A DNA stretch of 64,000 nt, taken from NCBI RefSeq assembly GCF_032444005.1, contig NC_091287.1:353338001-353402000 (forward strand). Direction: 5' to 3'. The notes beneath the pieces were generated by a model, which saw only the letters and a program-made list of their open reading frames with translations, made no database searches and was not told the origin of the DNA. Shown piece by piece: positions 25,923 through 40,668 of this stretch. The stretch is from Ranitomeya imitator. Taxonomy: Eukaryota. Position numbers and translations under genes: made by a program. The stretch's first letter is position 1. Each line of letters opens with the position of its first letter.

Positions 25923-27930
25923 CCCAGTCTTACATGTGCAAGCATACCAAGAAAAATTGATGCTTTAATGCTGTTGTGAAGGCAAAGGATGGTCACATCA
26001 AATATTGATTTCATTTGATTGCTCTTTGTTCAGTTTCTTTTCATTTAACTGATAAAAAGAAATAATTAAGATATCTATTTTTGAAAGCATTCATACTTTT
26101 TCTACACCTCTTTTTGGCACAATGCAGTATAGGGTTACATTTATCAAGCTTGCACCATATTTATTTATTTGTTTTATACACTTTTTATGACTTGTTAAGC
26201 AAAGAGGCATGGCCAGGCAGAAACGAGCATTCTTTACTGGAAAGGCATGGCCTAGTGTGAGACACCATATACCAAAGCTGTGGCATACATTTATGGTGCA
26301 AATTAAGAGTTATGCCTCTTCAACGCCGATCTCCTCTCTATTACCCTATGGCCATCGCCCTTTGTTGTGCTTTATGTCAGGTCTAACAAGTGGCTTGACA
26401 TTCCTCAGTGGCATCATCTGCCAAGTCCTTTTAATGTCGATGTGGACACAACTCTTTGTCTAAAAATTGAGACAGTAATGTGTTTAGATTCTCTTACAAT
26501 CATCTTTTCAAACTCCTGTGACTTCTACAAACCCACTGACCTGCTGGTTAACCCTCTGCTTGCTAGCTCTTGGTTAACCCATTGTTTGCAGTAAGCATCA
26601 CGGACTGATATTTATAGACTATTCATACTACACTGCATTCATCTTTGCAAACTTCTGTGATTTCTACAAACCCACAGATCTGCTGGTGAACCTGTCATTT
26701 TTTTATAATTATGTTTTAAGTGTGCATTGAAAACCCACCTTTTTATGAGATACCTAGTATGTTTAATTATATTGCAATTACTACCACAGCAAATTAAGCC
26801 TGTGATGGTCAATTCAAATTATTGTGAGGGTCCTAAATTCAGTCATTGACAGCATAAAATGGAGAAACATCACTTTTAGCTAAGATCAGGTCAGGAAGTA
26901 GACGCACACATTTTATTTTTGTAACTAAACATTTTTGGCAATCTAAAGCGGATCCCAAACTTAATTTAATATTTTGGCAAAGTACATATGGAAGGGACCC
27001 AGACCACAAATATATTAAAAACCCCACATAAAGATATACCATCATATAAATATTCCCCAAGGGCCACCAGTTTGGCATTAGACTCCTATAAACTGACCTA
27101 CTTATTCCAGACCTTTATACCTTTTCAGGTAGCATAGCTATGGGCTGATTGATTCTTGCATCACTCATTGTAGTGGCTGAGCCAGATGACAAAATCTGTA
27201 TTTTTTTGAATAGTTTTGTGTATTGTGTTTATTTCTTCATAACATGTAATTTTATATACCGTATATATATACTATATTATAACATGATGTGGAAAATGTT
27301 AATGCATATTGGTACTAGAATTCTTTCAGCCGCACTGTGTCTTTTTAAATCACCTTCATTTAAGTTCCACCGCATGCCATTTAGTATAGACTTGACCTTT
27401 CCTGCCATCGTATAGCATATTTTATTTTATGTGTAGTATTATTGCACCAACAAAACAAGAAAGTTATTTAAAGCCTGTAGAGCTTCTTGGCTTTCAAAAT
27501 GTCATCTGTATGTAGCAGAAGATCAGGCCAAGTTGCTATAGTTTCTCCAGCTTATATATTGCATCTGCCTCACAGCTGAATGCAGGCTCGTACTGCTGGA
27601 AACTGTGCACATACCATCAAGGCTGCTGAAAGACTACATGAGCTTTTACAGCTGTCCCCAGCAAGCCTCCCTGAACTAGCTTCAAAGGTGAATTAGCCAA
27701 CCTACCATGCTGCCCTGACCTGTGAAACTATAGATTCTGTGTAGAATAAAGTGTTTCAGCCATTAGTGCAGAGCCAGATTAAATCTGCTAAAACAGACAA
27801 AAGCACATCATCTCTAAGTACAATGTGTTGTTTTAGGCATCAATATTGCAAACACATGCAAGAGATGTCAGTTTGGAATCAGATTACCATCTCTAAGCCA
27901 AACGTCTTCTGACTGACTACCGCAGTTTAA

Positions 27931-28654
27931 GGCCCCTTCACATTAAGCGACGCTGCAGCGATACCGACAACGATCCGGATCGCTGCAGCGTCGCTGTTTG
28001 GTCGCTGGAGAGCTGTCACACAGACCGCTCTCCAGCGACCAACGATGCCGGTAACCAGGGTAAACATCGGGTAACTAAGCGCAGGGCCGCGCTTAGTAAC
28101 CCGATGTTTACCCTGGTTACCATGCTAAAAGTAAAAAAAAACAAACACTACATACTTACCTACAGCTGTCTGTCCTCCAGCGCTGTGCTCTGCTTCTCTG
28201 CTCTCCTCCTGTACTGTCTGGGAGCCGGAAAGCAGAGCGGTGACGTCACCGCTCTGCTTTCCGGCTCACAGCCAGTACAGGAGGAGTGCAGAGCGCAGCG
28301 CTGGAGGACAGACAGCGGTAGGTAAGTATGTACTGTTTGTTTTTTTTTACTTTTAGCATGGTAACCAGGGTAAACATCGGGTTACTAAGCGCGGCCCTGC
28401 GCTTAGTTACCCGATGTTTACCCTGGTTACCAGTGAAGACATCGCTGGATCGGTGTCACACACGCCGATCCAGCGATGTCCACGGGAGATCCAGCGACGA
28501 AATAAAGTTCTGGACTTTCTTCAGCGACCAACGATCTCCCAGCAGGGGCCTGATCGTTGGTCGCTGTCACACATAACGATTTTATTAACGATATCGTTGC
28601 TACGTCACAAATAGCAACGATATCGTTAACGATATCGTTATGTGTGAAGGTACC
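27931..28654. mobile_element. Harbinger-type MITE with two inverted ~70-bp palindromes
   Basis: TAA-GGCCCCTTCACA ... TGTGAAGGTACC; same family as 412-1120. Confidence 0.8.
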
Positions 28655-28696
28655 TTTTTTACATACACTAAAAAGGTGAGCTTTTATATTATTCAA

Positions 28697-28888
28697 AGGG
28701 AATCTGTCACCCCAAAAATCGTATATGAGCTAAGGCCACCGGCATCAGGGGCTTATCTACAGCATTCTGTTTTTCTTATCTTTCAGGGTATATTGGGGGC
28801 TTATCTACAGCATTACAGAATGCTGTAGATAAGCCCCTGATGCCTGTGGCCTTAGCTCATATACGATTTTTGGGGTGACAGATTCCCT
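28697..28888. mobile_element. Kolobok/T2-type MITE (192 bp)
   Basis: AGGGAATCTGTCACCCC ... GGGGTGACAGATTCCCT-TTAA; almost fully palindromic. Confidence 0.85.
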
Positions 28889-29897
28889 TTAATTTTTTTT
28901 TTACATTAAAGTGAGTCTGACAGACTAAAATGAATTAAACTATGCATATAATAATGAAGCCCTTAAAAAAGACCCATATCTTTAATGGTCTAATCACTGA
29001 CTCCATGAAGAAGCTGAAATTTAACCAAATATGAGAAAGCGCCACTCCAATGGGTATTTTGTTAATGCAATGTTGAAGTGGTGCTACTAATGAAAGTTTC
29101 CTGCGCTTAGTCTCATACTTACAAGCCATCGTCTTCACCTTTTATCCACGCCGCTCTGGTTGATCTCCAGCAGTTTGTCACCTGCTGGATTTCTCCAGTG
29201 TTTGCTGGGTGAGCAGGAGGTCACAAATTAGTGTAAGTCTTTGAGAGCCAAACCGAGGCCAGAACTTGGTTCTTAGAGCCTTACAAAGAAAGATTGTGAC
29301 CGTTACCTCTGACTTTCAAGTAGTGGTCACAAGATATGGTCACTGGATCGGAGGAGTGCCAGGAAGAGCTAAAGACGGTGGGTGGGGAGTATAATGTTAA
29401 ATGCAGGGACCTTACATTAATAACACCACTCCCGCCCTGAAAAACCAGACGCTGGAGTGGTACTTTAATTAGGGTGTTCGGTGCACCCTTAGTGTAGCCA
29501 AGAGGCTCAATGTACTGATTCACCCCCTGATTTTGCATGCCCGCCTTCTTCACTAGTGAATGACAGTGCTGGCTTGCCCGAGCTTTATTTGCAAATAGTG
29601 CTGACACCAGGGAAGCTAGTGCTGCCAATCACCAGTGAAGTAACTGAGGCATGACAAACCAGTGGGCAGAACAGGTCACTGAGCCTCTTGGCGATGCCAA
29701 GGGTGCACTGAGCATCATAATTGGCTTGTTAGATTAACTTTCTGCTTCTCCAGTACTTAGGAGGCAATTAGAACAATGGTGGCTATAGCCCCTACAATGC
29801 TGTGTGTTTAGGTTATACTGTTATTTTGGGCCGACAGACTCCCTTTAAATGAAAATGTATTATTTTTACTCCTTACGACCTTGAGTGAACCACAATT

Positions 29898-29899
<2 letters not shown>

Positions 29900-29971
<72 letters not shown>
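29900..29971. repeat. (TA)n microsatellite
   Basis: About 36 TA units. Confidence 0.98.
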
Positions 29972-29974
<3 letters not shown>

Positions 29975-30459
29975 AATTCTGTTTTCATCCATTTTAGTGA
30001 TAGAGAAAGGCTAGAGCACCAGATCACGTTAAATAGCAAAGTAAAATTAATTGGTTGCACAATTTAGAGTATATAAAATTGTTTCCTTATTAAAATACTC
30101 AAATTTGTATCTATAATAAAAATGCAGACAAAGTGTGATCCAGAGCCCCACAGTAGTTGGTGAGATTAAACAGCCCATGATGACAAATTAAAAAATGTAA
30201 TATGAAAATAGAAAACTTAGATAGAAATGATCTGATTGGTTTGTTTTGCTCCAGTGTTTATCAGCTAGTTTTTATATGTAATGTATAATGTATTGTTGCT
30301 ATAGGCACATGCTGTGATCTCCATAGGGAGGCAAGTGCTTGGTGACCAAGCAACCTAAAGCAGCAATGAGCAAACAGCTGGGGAGACAAGCTAGTGCTTC
30401 CGAAATTCCAAGAAAAGCTGACACATATTTGCACATTTCAAGATTAATTAATACACAAT

Positions 30460-30600
30460 AATAATAATAATAATAATCTTTATTTTTATATAGCGCTAAC
30501 ATATTCCGCAGCGCTTTACATTTTTTTTTCACACATTATCATCACTGTCCCCGATGGGGCTCACAATCTAAATTCCCTATCAGTATGTCTTTGGATTGTT
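30460..30600 (-). mobile_element. L2-tail-like short retroelement fragment
   Basis: (AAT)n-CTTTATTTTTATATAGCGC...; a related plus-strand piece lies at ~37550-37665. Confidence 0.55.
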
Positions 30601-31142
30601 GACAGCTACACTTTTATTAGGACTTGCATCCATTTAACTTATTTAGTAAAGACAGCAAAGTGCTATGCACTAAAATAGAAAAACTAAAAAATCCAGAGCC
30701 AGCACTTCAGAAAAATACACATTCTTTAACTATTGACTTGAAATAAATCTAAGTATACCAGATAAGAATGAACTCACTTGTCAATCTCTAATTTCAATAT
30801 GTATTTGTGATTTCAGGGTATTTGCATGAAATGTATAGATATATCTTTTACTCCATTATAGACAGTTAACAAGATTCACACATCTTAGTGCGGAGCTAAA
30901 ACAATACTGGAGGCAGGTTACACCATGTATTCAAGAAGTAAAACTGACATAAAAGTATTTACATTTATCAAACAGCTGCAACATTTTCTTTTAACTCTCA
31001 ATATGAATTTATTATGACTTGTTCAGGGTACAATCTATAATATACCCATGGAGGGTAAAACTAGTGCTGTGAAAAGGTTCTACCATCCAACAAGTAAAAT
31101 ACATAAACGCAACAAAAACTTATAAAAAACGCATGTGTTTTA

Positions 31143-31477
31143 GGCTATGTGCACACGTTGCGGATTAGCCTCTGGAATTTTTTGTGCGGATTCTGCATCT
31201 CTTGGCAGAAAACGCAGGTGCGGATTTTTTGCGGATTTGCTGTGGATTTCATGCCTTTTTACCCCTGCGGATTTATATAATGGAATGGGTTCAAAAACGC
31301 TGCTGATCTGCACAAAAGAAGTGACATGCTCCTTCTTTTAATCCACAGCTTTTCCGTGTGGAATTTTTTTTTTCATTAATTTACATTGCACTGCAAATCA
31401 CTTGTGGATCTGCGGCGTTTCTGCACGGTTAAAAATCCTGCGGATCCGCAGTAAATCCGCAACGTGTGCACATACCC
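31143..31477. mobile_element. Harbinger-type MITE
   Basis: TTA-GGCTATGTGCACACGTTGCGG ... CCGCAACGTGTGCACATACCC-TTA. Confidence 0.85.
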
Positions 31478-31605
31478 TTACATTGTGTTTTTCCTGCCAA
31501 TACTCTGCTTTTTAGTGCAGAGAAATTGGGTGCAAATACTTGATGTATGCACATACCCTTAAAGTATTAACAATATAAGTAATGTTGGCATCATAAGTAA
31601 TCACA

Positions 31606-33048
31606 ACCAGAGTGATCACAAACAGTGATCTATTTCAAGTGTTTATTTCTGTTAATGATGATGATTACGGCTTACAGCCAATGAAAACTCAAAAGTCATT
31701 ATCTCAGTAAATTAGAATACTTTATAACACCAGATTGAAAAATGATTTCAAAATCCGAAATGTTGGCCTACTGAAATGTATGTTCAGTAAATGCATTCAA
31801 TACTTGGTCGGGGCTCCTTATGCATCAATTACTGCATCAGTGCGGTGTGGAATGGAGGCGATCAGCCTGTGGCACTGCTGAAGTGTTATGGAAGCCCAGG
31901 CTATATTGATAGTAGCCTTTAGCTCATCTGCATTGTTGGGTCTGGTGTTTCTCATCTTCCTCTTGACAATACCCCATGGAGTCTCTATGGAGTTAAGGTC
32001 TGGTGAGCTGCTGACAAATCAAGCACAGTGATACTGTTGTTTTTAAACCAGGTAAAGGTACTTTTGGAAGTGTGGACAGGGGCCAAGTCCTGCTGGAGAA
32101 TGAAATTTCCCTCTCCGAAAAGCTTGTCGGTAGAGAGAAGCATGAAGTTCTCTAATATTTCCTGGTAGACGGCTGCGATGACTTAGGTCTTAATAAAACA
32201 CGGTAGACCTATACCAGCAGATGACATGGCTCCCCAAACTATCACTGATTTTGGAAACTTCACACTAGACCTCAAGCACCTTGGATTGTGTGCCTCTCCA
32301 CTCTTCCTCCAGACTCTGAAACCTTGATTTCCGAATCAAAGGCAAACTTTACTTTAATCTGAAAACAACACCTTAGAACAGTCCAGTTCTTTTTCTCCTT
32401 GGCCCAGGTAAGACGCTTCTGGCGTTGTCTATTTGTCATGAGTGGATTGACACAAGGATGGCGACACTTGTAGCCCATGTCCTGGAAACGTCTGTGTGTT
32501 TTGGCTCTTGAAGCAATGACTCCAGCAGTAGTCCACTCCTTGTGAATATCCCCCAAATTTTTGAATGGCCTTTTCTTAACAATCCTTTCAAGGCTACGAA
32601 TCCTCTCTGGTTGCTTGTGCACCTTTTTCTACCACAGTTTTTCCTTCCACTCAACTTTCCATTAATATGCTTGGGTACAGCACTCTGTGAACAGCCAGCT
32701 TCTTTAGCAATGACCTTTTGTGGCTTACCCTCCTTGTGGAGTATGTCAATGACTGTCTTCTGGACATCTATCAAGTCAACAGTCTTCCCCATGATTGTGT
32801 AGCCTGCTGAAACAGACTAAGGGACCTTTTTAAATGTTTAGGAAGCCTTTGCAGGTGTTTTTTTGTAATTACTTTTGGGTTTTCATTTGCTGTAAGCCAT
32901 AGTCATCAACATTAACAGAAATAAACACTTGAAATAAATCACTCTGTTTGTAGTGACTCTGTATAATATATGAGTTTCACTTTTTTCATTGAAGAACTGA
33001 AATAAATTAACCTTTTTATGACATTCTAATTTAGTGAGAAGCACTTGC
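31606..33048 (-). mobile_element. Decayed Tc1 transposon
   Basis: ORFs MGKTVDL...GCSQSAV (32436-32792) and ...RLTWAKEKKNWT (32272-32622); inverted-repeat arms at ~31606-31700 and ~32870-32960. Confidence 0.85.
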
Positions 33049-33701
33049 ATATATTATGGTAGATCAGCTCACTCAGCTGCACACAGAGGTAGACACAGGT
33101 ACACTGTCTCTTTAAATCTTCCATTGGTTTATTAGATATGTGGCATAAACCAATGGAAAGTGAAAATGAACACAGCCCTTTGGACAAAAACAGAAAAAAA
33201 CAAAACAAAATGGTACACAGTCTCTGCTCTGGATAATAACCACTCACTGGTTCACTTTTTCCTTCTCAAGACACAAAACGCTGGCGTTCCTCTCTCCCGT
33301 CCTACTGAACACTGAATGCTTCTGGAGGCCAACTATTTAAACCCCAGACCACATCCTGGTGTGGAGATAAGGTGGACAATATCCCATCCCCTCTATTGTT
33401 GTCCACAAATCAGTGAAGCTAACAGTTTAACAGTTTGAAACATATCTCCCCTCCAGCACTTTGCCAGTGACTTTTTCACAATAGTCATAAATTGATGTAT
33501 GACTCCTAGGATGTCCTTGTTAAGCCTGGTAATGTTTTGGTTCAGCTGTTACACTCGTGTTTCAGTGCTTTTGTTTGAGGTGCTTGCTCTCCTCCATCAC
33601 ACAAACAACATCAGCTTAGACGAAAAAGCTTACAAATTGGAAAGCTACAGTAGAAAACAGTGATTTTATTAGTCATTGGCATAGTGCCATGTTTACATTA
33701 A

Positions 33702-34233
33702 GGCTTCTTTCACACTTCCGTCTGCAAAGGGCCATCACAAAGCGTCGGCGCAACGTACCGACGGACGTTGTGAAAATTCAGCACAACGTGGGCAATGTGG
33801 GCAGAAGCCTAAGGCCTCTTTCACATTTCCGTCTTTTGCTGTCCGTCGCAATGCGTCGTTCTGTGCAAAAAACGCATCCTGCAAAGTTGTCCGCAGGATG
33901 CGTTTTTTGCACATAGACTTGTATTACCAACGCATTCCGACGTATGGACACACGTTCCATACGTCATGCACTGGATGCGTCAGTATGTGGTGGACCGTCG
34001 TAGCGAAAAAACGTTCAAGGGAACGTTTTTTCGTACGTCGGGTCCTGCAATTCCTACCGCGCAAGCGCGGCCGGAGCTCCGCTCCCTTTCTCCCCGGGAC
34101 TTTAGAATGGGCAGTGGATGTGTTGAAAAACTGCATCCGCTGCCCACGTTGTGCCGAATTTTCACAACGTCCATCTGTACGTCGTGCCGATGCTTAGCGA
34201 CGGCCGCGTACCGACGAAAATGTGAAAGAAGCC
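33702..34233. mobile_element. Two tandem Harbinger-type MITEs (33702-33809 deleted copy; 33813-34233 full copy)
   Basis: GGC(T/C)TCTTTCACA TIRs separated and flanked by TAA/TTA. Confidence 0.8.
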
Positions 34234-34465
34234 TTAGTGCTATTTTCTCTGGAAAAGAAAAGACAAAAGCAGTTATAAACCACTTCTGTCTTCATCATTG
34301 GGTCCTAGAAAAAATAATTAAGTTTTCTAGGCTGTCTTTTACTGCCCGAGAATCTGACTTTCTTATGATAGATTGCAAACGTTTTACATGCAACTTATAG
34401 CTAATACATGCTGCCCAATCCATGGGTATCATGTATCAGACACAGGCTGCATGATTTCAGCTATA

Positions 34466-36102
<1,637 letters not shown>

Positions 36103-36642
36103 TATATGTCTAACTCTAAAATGCTGCAAAAAAGGAAATATAGTTTAATATAGCCACACTGAAGAATAGTCGATCGAATGGGCAGATCCCCTGCTGTTTC
36201 TCCTTGCTCGCTGTCCTTGAGTGATAGGTCTCTCCCTATACAGGAATGAAATGAGAAAACTGTCACTCAAATGCAGTGGCCGTTGAGAAGCTACTGGGAA
36301 AAGGCCTGTCCGACTAGATGTTTGGTACCTAGTTTCTCTGAAACGATACAGTGTTTCATAATTAGACATATATGGTCGACATCATACAGCCAGTTTCTGA
36401 TGCATGTCAATGATCAGTGAACAAAGGGTCAAAAGAACGCTTGTTACCGATTATCAACCTTCATAAACATGGCACCATCAGCCAGCTAATTTGATCATTC
36501 ATGACAACATAAACAATCTAAGCAGTGTTATTGTTTATGAAGGGGGTCCGGATAGATAGTGATCTCCTGTTCATCCACCAACTATTTCCTGTTTAACTCC
36601 AGCTAGCCCTGAATTGGGCAGCATGGTTGCTCAGTGGTTACC

Positions 36643-37438
36643 TGTTGTGAATTCTGTTGTCGAGCTCCCTCCTGTGGTTGTGAATGGTACTTCGGCGAGT
36701 TCTGTCTATGGGCTCCCTCTGGTGGCTATGAGTGAAGCTGCTGCTTCTGAGGTTCCTTACACAGGTGACGTGGTTTATCCTTTGGTTGGCTGCTCTATTT
36801 AACTCCTCTCAGATCGTTACTCCATTCCAGCTGTCAATGTTTTTTGCATTGCTTCAGTTCGCTCCTGGATCTCTCTGGTGACCTGCCTTCTCCTGCAGAA
36901 GCTAAGTTCCTGATAGTCTTTATTTGTTCACTGTTTTCTTGTCCAGCTGGTTATCGTGATTTTGTCTTGCTAGCTGGAAGCTCTGGGATGCAGAGTGGCC
37001 CCTCCGCACCGTGAGTCGGTGCGGAGGTCCTATTTGCACACTCTGCATGGTCTTTTGTAGGTTTTTGTGCTGATCGCAAAGTTACCTTTCCTATCCTCTG
37101 TCTATTTAGTAAGTCTGGCCTCCCTTTGCTGAAACTTGTTTCATTTCTGCGTTTGTGACTTTCATCTTTACTCACAGTCAATATATGTGGGGGGCATCCT
37201 TTACCTTTGGGGAATTTCTCTGAGGCAAGGTAGGCTTTATTTTCTATCTCTAGGGCTAGATAGTTCTTAGGCTGTGACGAGGCGCATAGGTCTGGTCAGG
37301 AGCGCTCCACGGTTATTTCTAGTGTGTGTGATAGGATTAGGGCTTGCGGTCAGCAGAGCTCCCACATCCCAGAGCTCGTCCTGTATGAGGTTTAACTATC
37401 AGGTCATTCCGGGTGCTCCTAACCACCAGGTCATAACA
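36643..37438 (+). mobile_element. Gypsy solo LTR (796 bp), opposite orientation to 25152-25922
   Basis: TGTTGTGAATTC...TCATAACA ends; 6-bp TSD GTTACC. Confidence 0.9.
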
Positions 37439-39189
37439 GTTACCACGGTAGACTTGAAGCGCTGGCATCCTTGGTTTAAAAACCACCAAGGACAACATCT
37501 ACACAGTTTGTTCTCCTTGTGTTTGCATGGGTTTCCTCGGAGTTCTCCAGATTCCTCCCACACTTGAAATACATACTGATAGGGAATTGACAATGTGAGC
37601 CCCAAGGGGACACAGCGATGCTGATGTCTGTAAAAAGCTGTGGAAATAATGACGCTATATAAGTGACTAAAATAATTAAATACTTTGTATAGTATACTGG
37701 TTTGTTATCGGGTTGATGTTTTTGGCAAAGGTTCATTTAGATGGGCCAATAATTGGGGAACAAGCGTTCACGGGAACGTGCAGTCAATCGCCCAACGATT
37801 GAGCCAAGTGCTTGTTTATCATATGTGCCAATTATGATACTTACTGAAAAATCATTATTATTGCCAGCACATCTTCCTGTGTAAATAGGAGACGTGCTGC
37901 CGAAAACATGACATTCTATGTGAGCAGAAATATGGTATTAACAATTGTTCCATGTGCACAAAACATTCATCGGCCTGTGTAAGCGGTCGGCAAGAATATA
38001 TGTTCCATGACTGAGGTCATCTGTTGAAAATAGGAGGGTGTTTGTCCAACTTTGCCTAGGGGCTAATACAGCTTGTGAAGCCAGTGAGTCGGCCATGTAA
38101 GATTACAAGCTCAATTTACATAAATTACATCAGCAGGCATAAGAGTTGAGCTTGATGGGCGTTTTCATAATCAACCTGACTCCTTATAATAACTGAATTT
38201 ACCCAAGCCGAGTTCTTTCCACTGTTAAGTGCATATGTGTTAGATGAAATCTTTAGCGGTACAGGCAGGGCCGTATTTGCCACTAGGCACTCGAGGGCAC
38301 GTGCCTAGGGCGGTAAGGAAACGGGGGGCGGCACCCGAGCAAGGCAAGATTTTTATTTTTTTTTTTTTATTTAAATCCGGGTCCGACTGCCCGTTCACCC
38401 TCCTCGTACTTCCCGCCCTCCTCGTCCTCCTCCCCGCCCACCCCAGTCTTCCGGCTGCTGCTGCAGTCTCGGATCCAGTCCTGTCACATGTACGGCGCAG
38501 GGGGCCGGAAGCGGAAACAAGTCACACCGCAGGCCCCACCCCCTCCTCGTTGAAGCGCCAAGTTCAATTCCGTCCTGAGTCCTGTGTCGGCCGCTTACCC
38601 GCATCTGTCTGCTGTTGGTGTCTCGGATGGATCCCACCAGGGGCGGGCAGGGTGCAGATGCCCCCGGGCCAGTCCCCCAGCAGCCGGTTCAGGCCGTTTG
38701 CAGACGCCCACACTGTGTGCAGTAGTCAGTGTGTGCTAAAGTCACCTGGCTGGCCTGGAAGGAGGAGATCCAGAGCGGCACAGCGCCCCCGGTCCAGATC
38801 ACTGCCAGCTAGGGAGGTCCTGGGATCTAACAGTGACAGCCAAAGAGAAAAGGGAGGAAAAAAAAGCATCTTGGAAAGGTATGTGGAGAACACTGGGCCA
38901 GAGCGAGGCCTCAGCCTGCAGGGAGGCACTCTTGCCAGCTGGCAGCACATACCTCTCGACAGTCCTGGATTCAGCGGATCCACATCCGTCCACCTGCAGA
39001 GCCGTGCACTGCACATAACATATGTGGCTGCACTGTGCGCACAGGACCTGTGATGAGGTCACAGGAGGGGAGGAGTCAGGGGGTCACATGATCAGGGCCT
39101 CAGTGTATGCAGGACTCTGCTGTGCTGGTTGTCATGGTGATGGACGAGGGTAAGTTTATGTGTGGGGTAAGGAGGGGTTTACAGTGTGG

Positions 39190-39830
39190 ATGGAGCAGAG
39201 CCGGGTGTGTACGGAGCGGAGCCGGAGGTGTACGGGTGTGTACGAGGTGTACAGAGCAGAGCCAGGTGCGAACGAGGTGTATGGAGCAGAGCCGGGTATG
39301 TACAAGGTGTACGGAGCAGAGCCGGGTGTGTACGAGGTGTACGGAGCAGAGTCGGGTGTGTACGAGGTGTACTGAGCAGAGTAAGGTGTGTACGAGGTGT
39401 ACGGAGCAGAGCCGGGTGTGTACGAGGTGTACGGAGCAGAGCCGGGTGTGTATGAGGTGTACGGAGCAGAGCCGGGTGTGTACGAGGTGTACGGAGCAGA
39501 GTCGGGTGTGTACGAGGTGTACGGAGCAGAGTAAGGTGTGTACGAGGTGTACGGAGCAGAGCCGGGTGTGTACGAGGTGTACGGAGCAGAGTCGGGTGTG
39601 TACGAGGTGTACGGAGCAGAGCCGGGTGTGTACGAGGTGTACAGAGCAGAGCCGGGTGTGTACGAGGTGTACAGAGCAGAGTCGGGTGTGTACGAGGTGT
39701 ACAGAGCAGAGCTGGGTGTGTACGGAGCAGAGCCGGGTGTGTACGAGGTGTACGGAGCGGAGGTGTACGGGGGTGTATGGAGCGGAGCTAGGTGTGTACG
39801 AGGTGTACAGAGCGTGTCGGCATGTGTGCA
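39190..39830. repeat. 30-bp minisatellite inside the hAT element
   Basis: GTGTACGAGGTGTACGGAGCAGAGCCGGGT repeated roughly 18-20 times. Confidence 0.95.
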
Positions 39831-40394
39831 AGGTGTACGGTGCGGAGTTGTATGTGTGTGTGTGTGTGGAGCAGAGTTGTGTGTGAGGTGTACGGAGCGG
39901 AGCCGGGTGTGTGTGCGGAGCCACATGTGTACGGAGCACACATGTGGAGCCATTATACAGTATGGAGCACTGTGTGGTGTATATATGTGTGTATACTGTG
40001 CCCCCCTGTGCAGTGTATCTGTGATACATATACATGTCCCTGTCCTGTAATAACGTCCCCTGTCCTGTAATAACGTTTCCAGTCCAGTGATCCCATCCCC
40101 CGTCCTGTAATAATACCTTGTCCTGTAGTAATGGTCTGTCTTGTAAGTAGGATCACAGGAGGCCGAGTCCCTTCCTCTGGAAGTCTGCAGTGGCAGAAGT
40201 GGGACAATGCAGCGGGCCCTGAATGGGAGGAGGGGGTGTCCCAGCGGTGCAATGCTGCGGGCTTGATGTTGGCGGTGAGCTAAGTGGAGTGCATTCCTTT
40301 CCTGGCGGACATATTTCTGAAGCTGTGGGCCAATGGAGGCAGCGCATGTGGAGATTGTGATCTTGGTCCAGATGCGATCTCAGTCTGTGGGGGA

Positions 40395-40668
40395 CGTGAC
40401 AGACATCAGAATGTAAGTATGTAGTGTTTTTTTTTTTTTTTTTAACTTATGCAATGGTAACCAGGGTAAATATCGGGTTACTAAGCGCGGCCCTGCACTT
40501 AGTAACCCGATGTTTACCCTGGTTACCCGGGGACTTCGGCATCGTTGGTCGCTGGAGAGCTGTCTGTGTGACAGCTCCCCAGCGACCACACAACGACTTA
40601 CCTACGATCACGGCCAGGTCGTATCGCTGGTCGTGATCGTTGGAAAATCGTTTAGTGTAACGGTACCT
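40395..40668. mobile_element. Truncated Harbinger-type MITE (412-1120 family)
   Basis: Carries the GGTAACCAGGGTAAA...GGTTACC palindrome and the right TIR GTGTAACGGTACCT followed by TTA. Confidence 0.75.

Larger units (their letters stand above)
21470..26130 (+). mobile_element. Old Tc1 copy fragmented by younger insertions
   Basis: Colinear transposase remnants at ~22920-23230, ~24530-24810 (PQSHNLNIIDSV-like) and ~25925-26010 (AVVKAKDGHIKY*); boundaries are approximate. Confidence 0.5.

Noticed and set aside
29866-30067. IYIYIY ORFs
   Set aside because: Translation of the (TA)n microsatellite
30325-30430. Open stretch (GGKCLVTKQPK...) in unique sequence as a host exon
   Set aside because: No recognisable protein similarity or convincing splice sites; may be non-coding
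39100-40035. ORFs of 259-311 aa
   Set aside because: By-products of the 30-bp minisatellite
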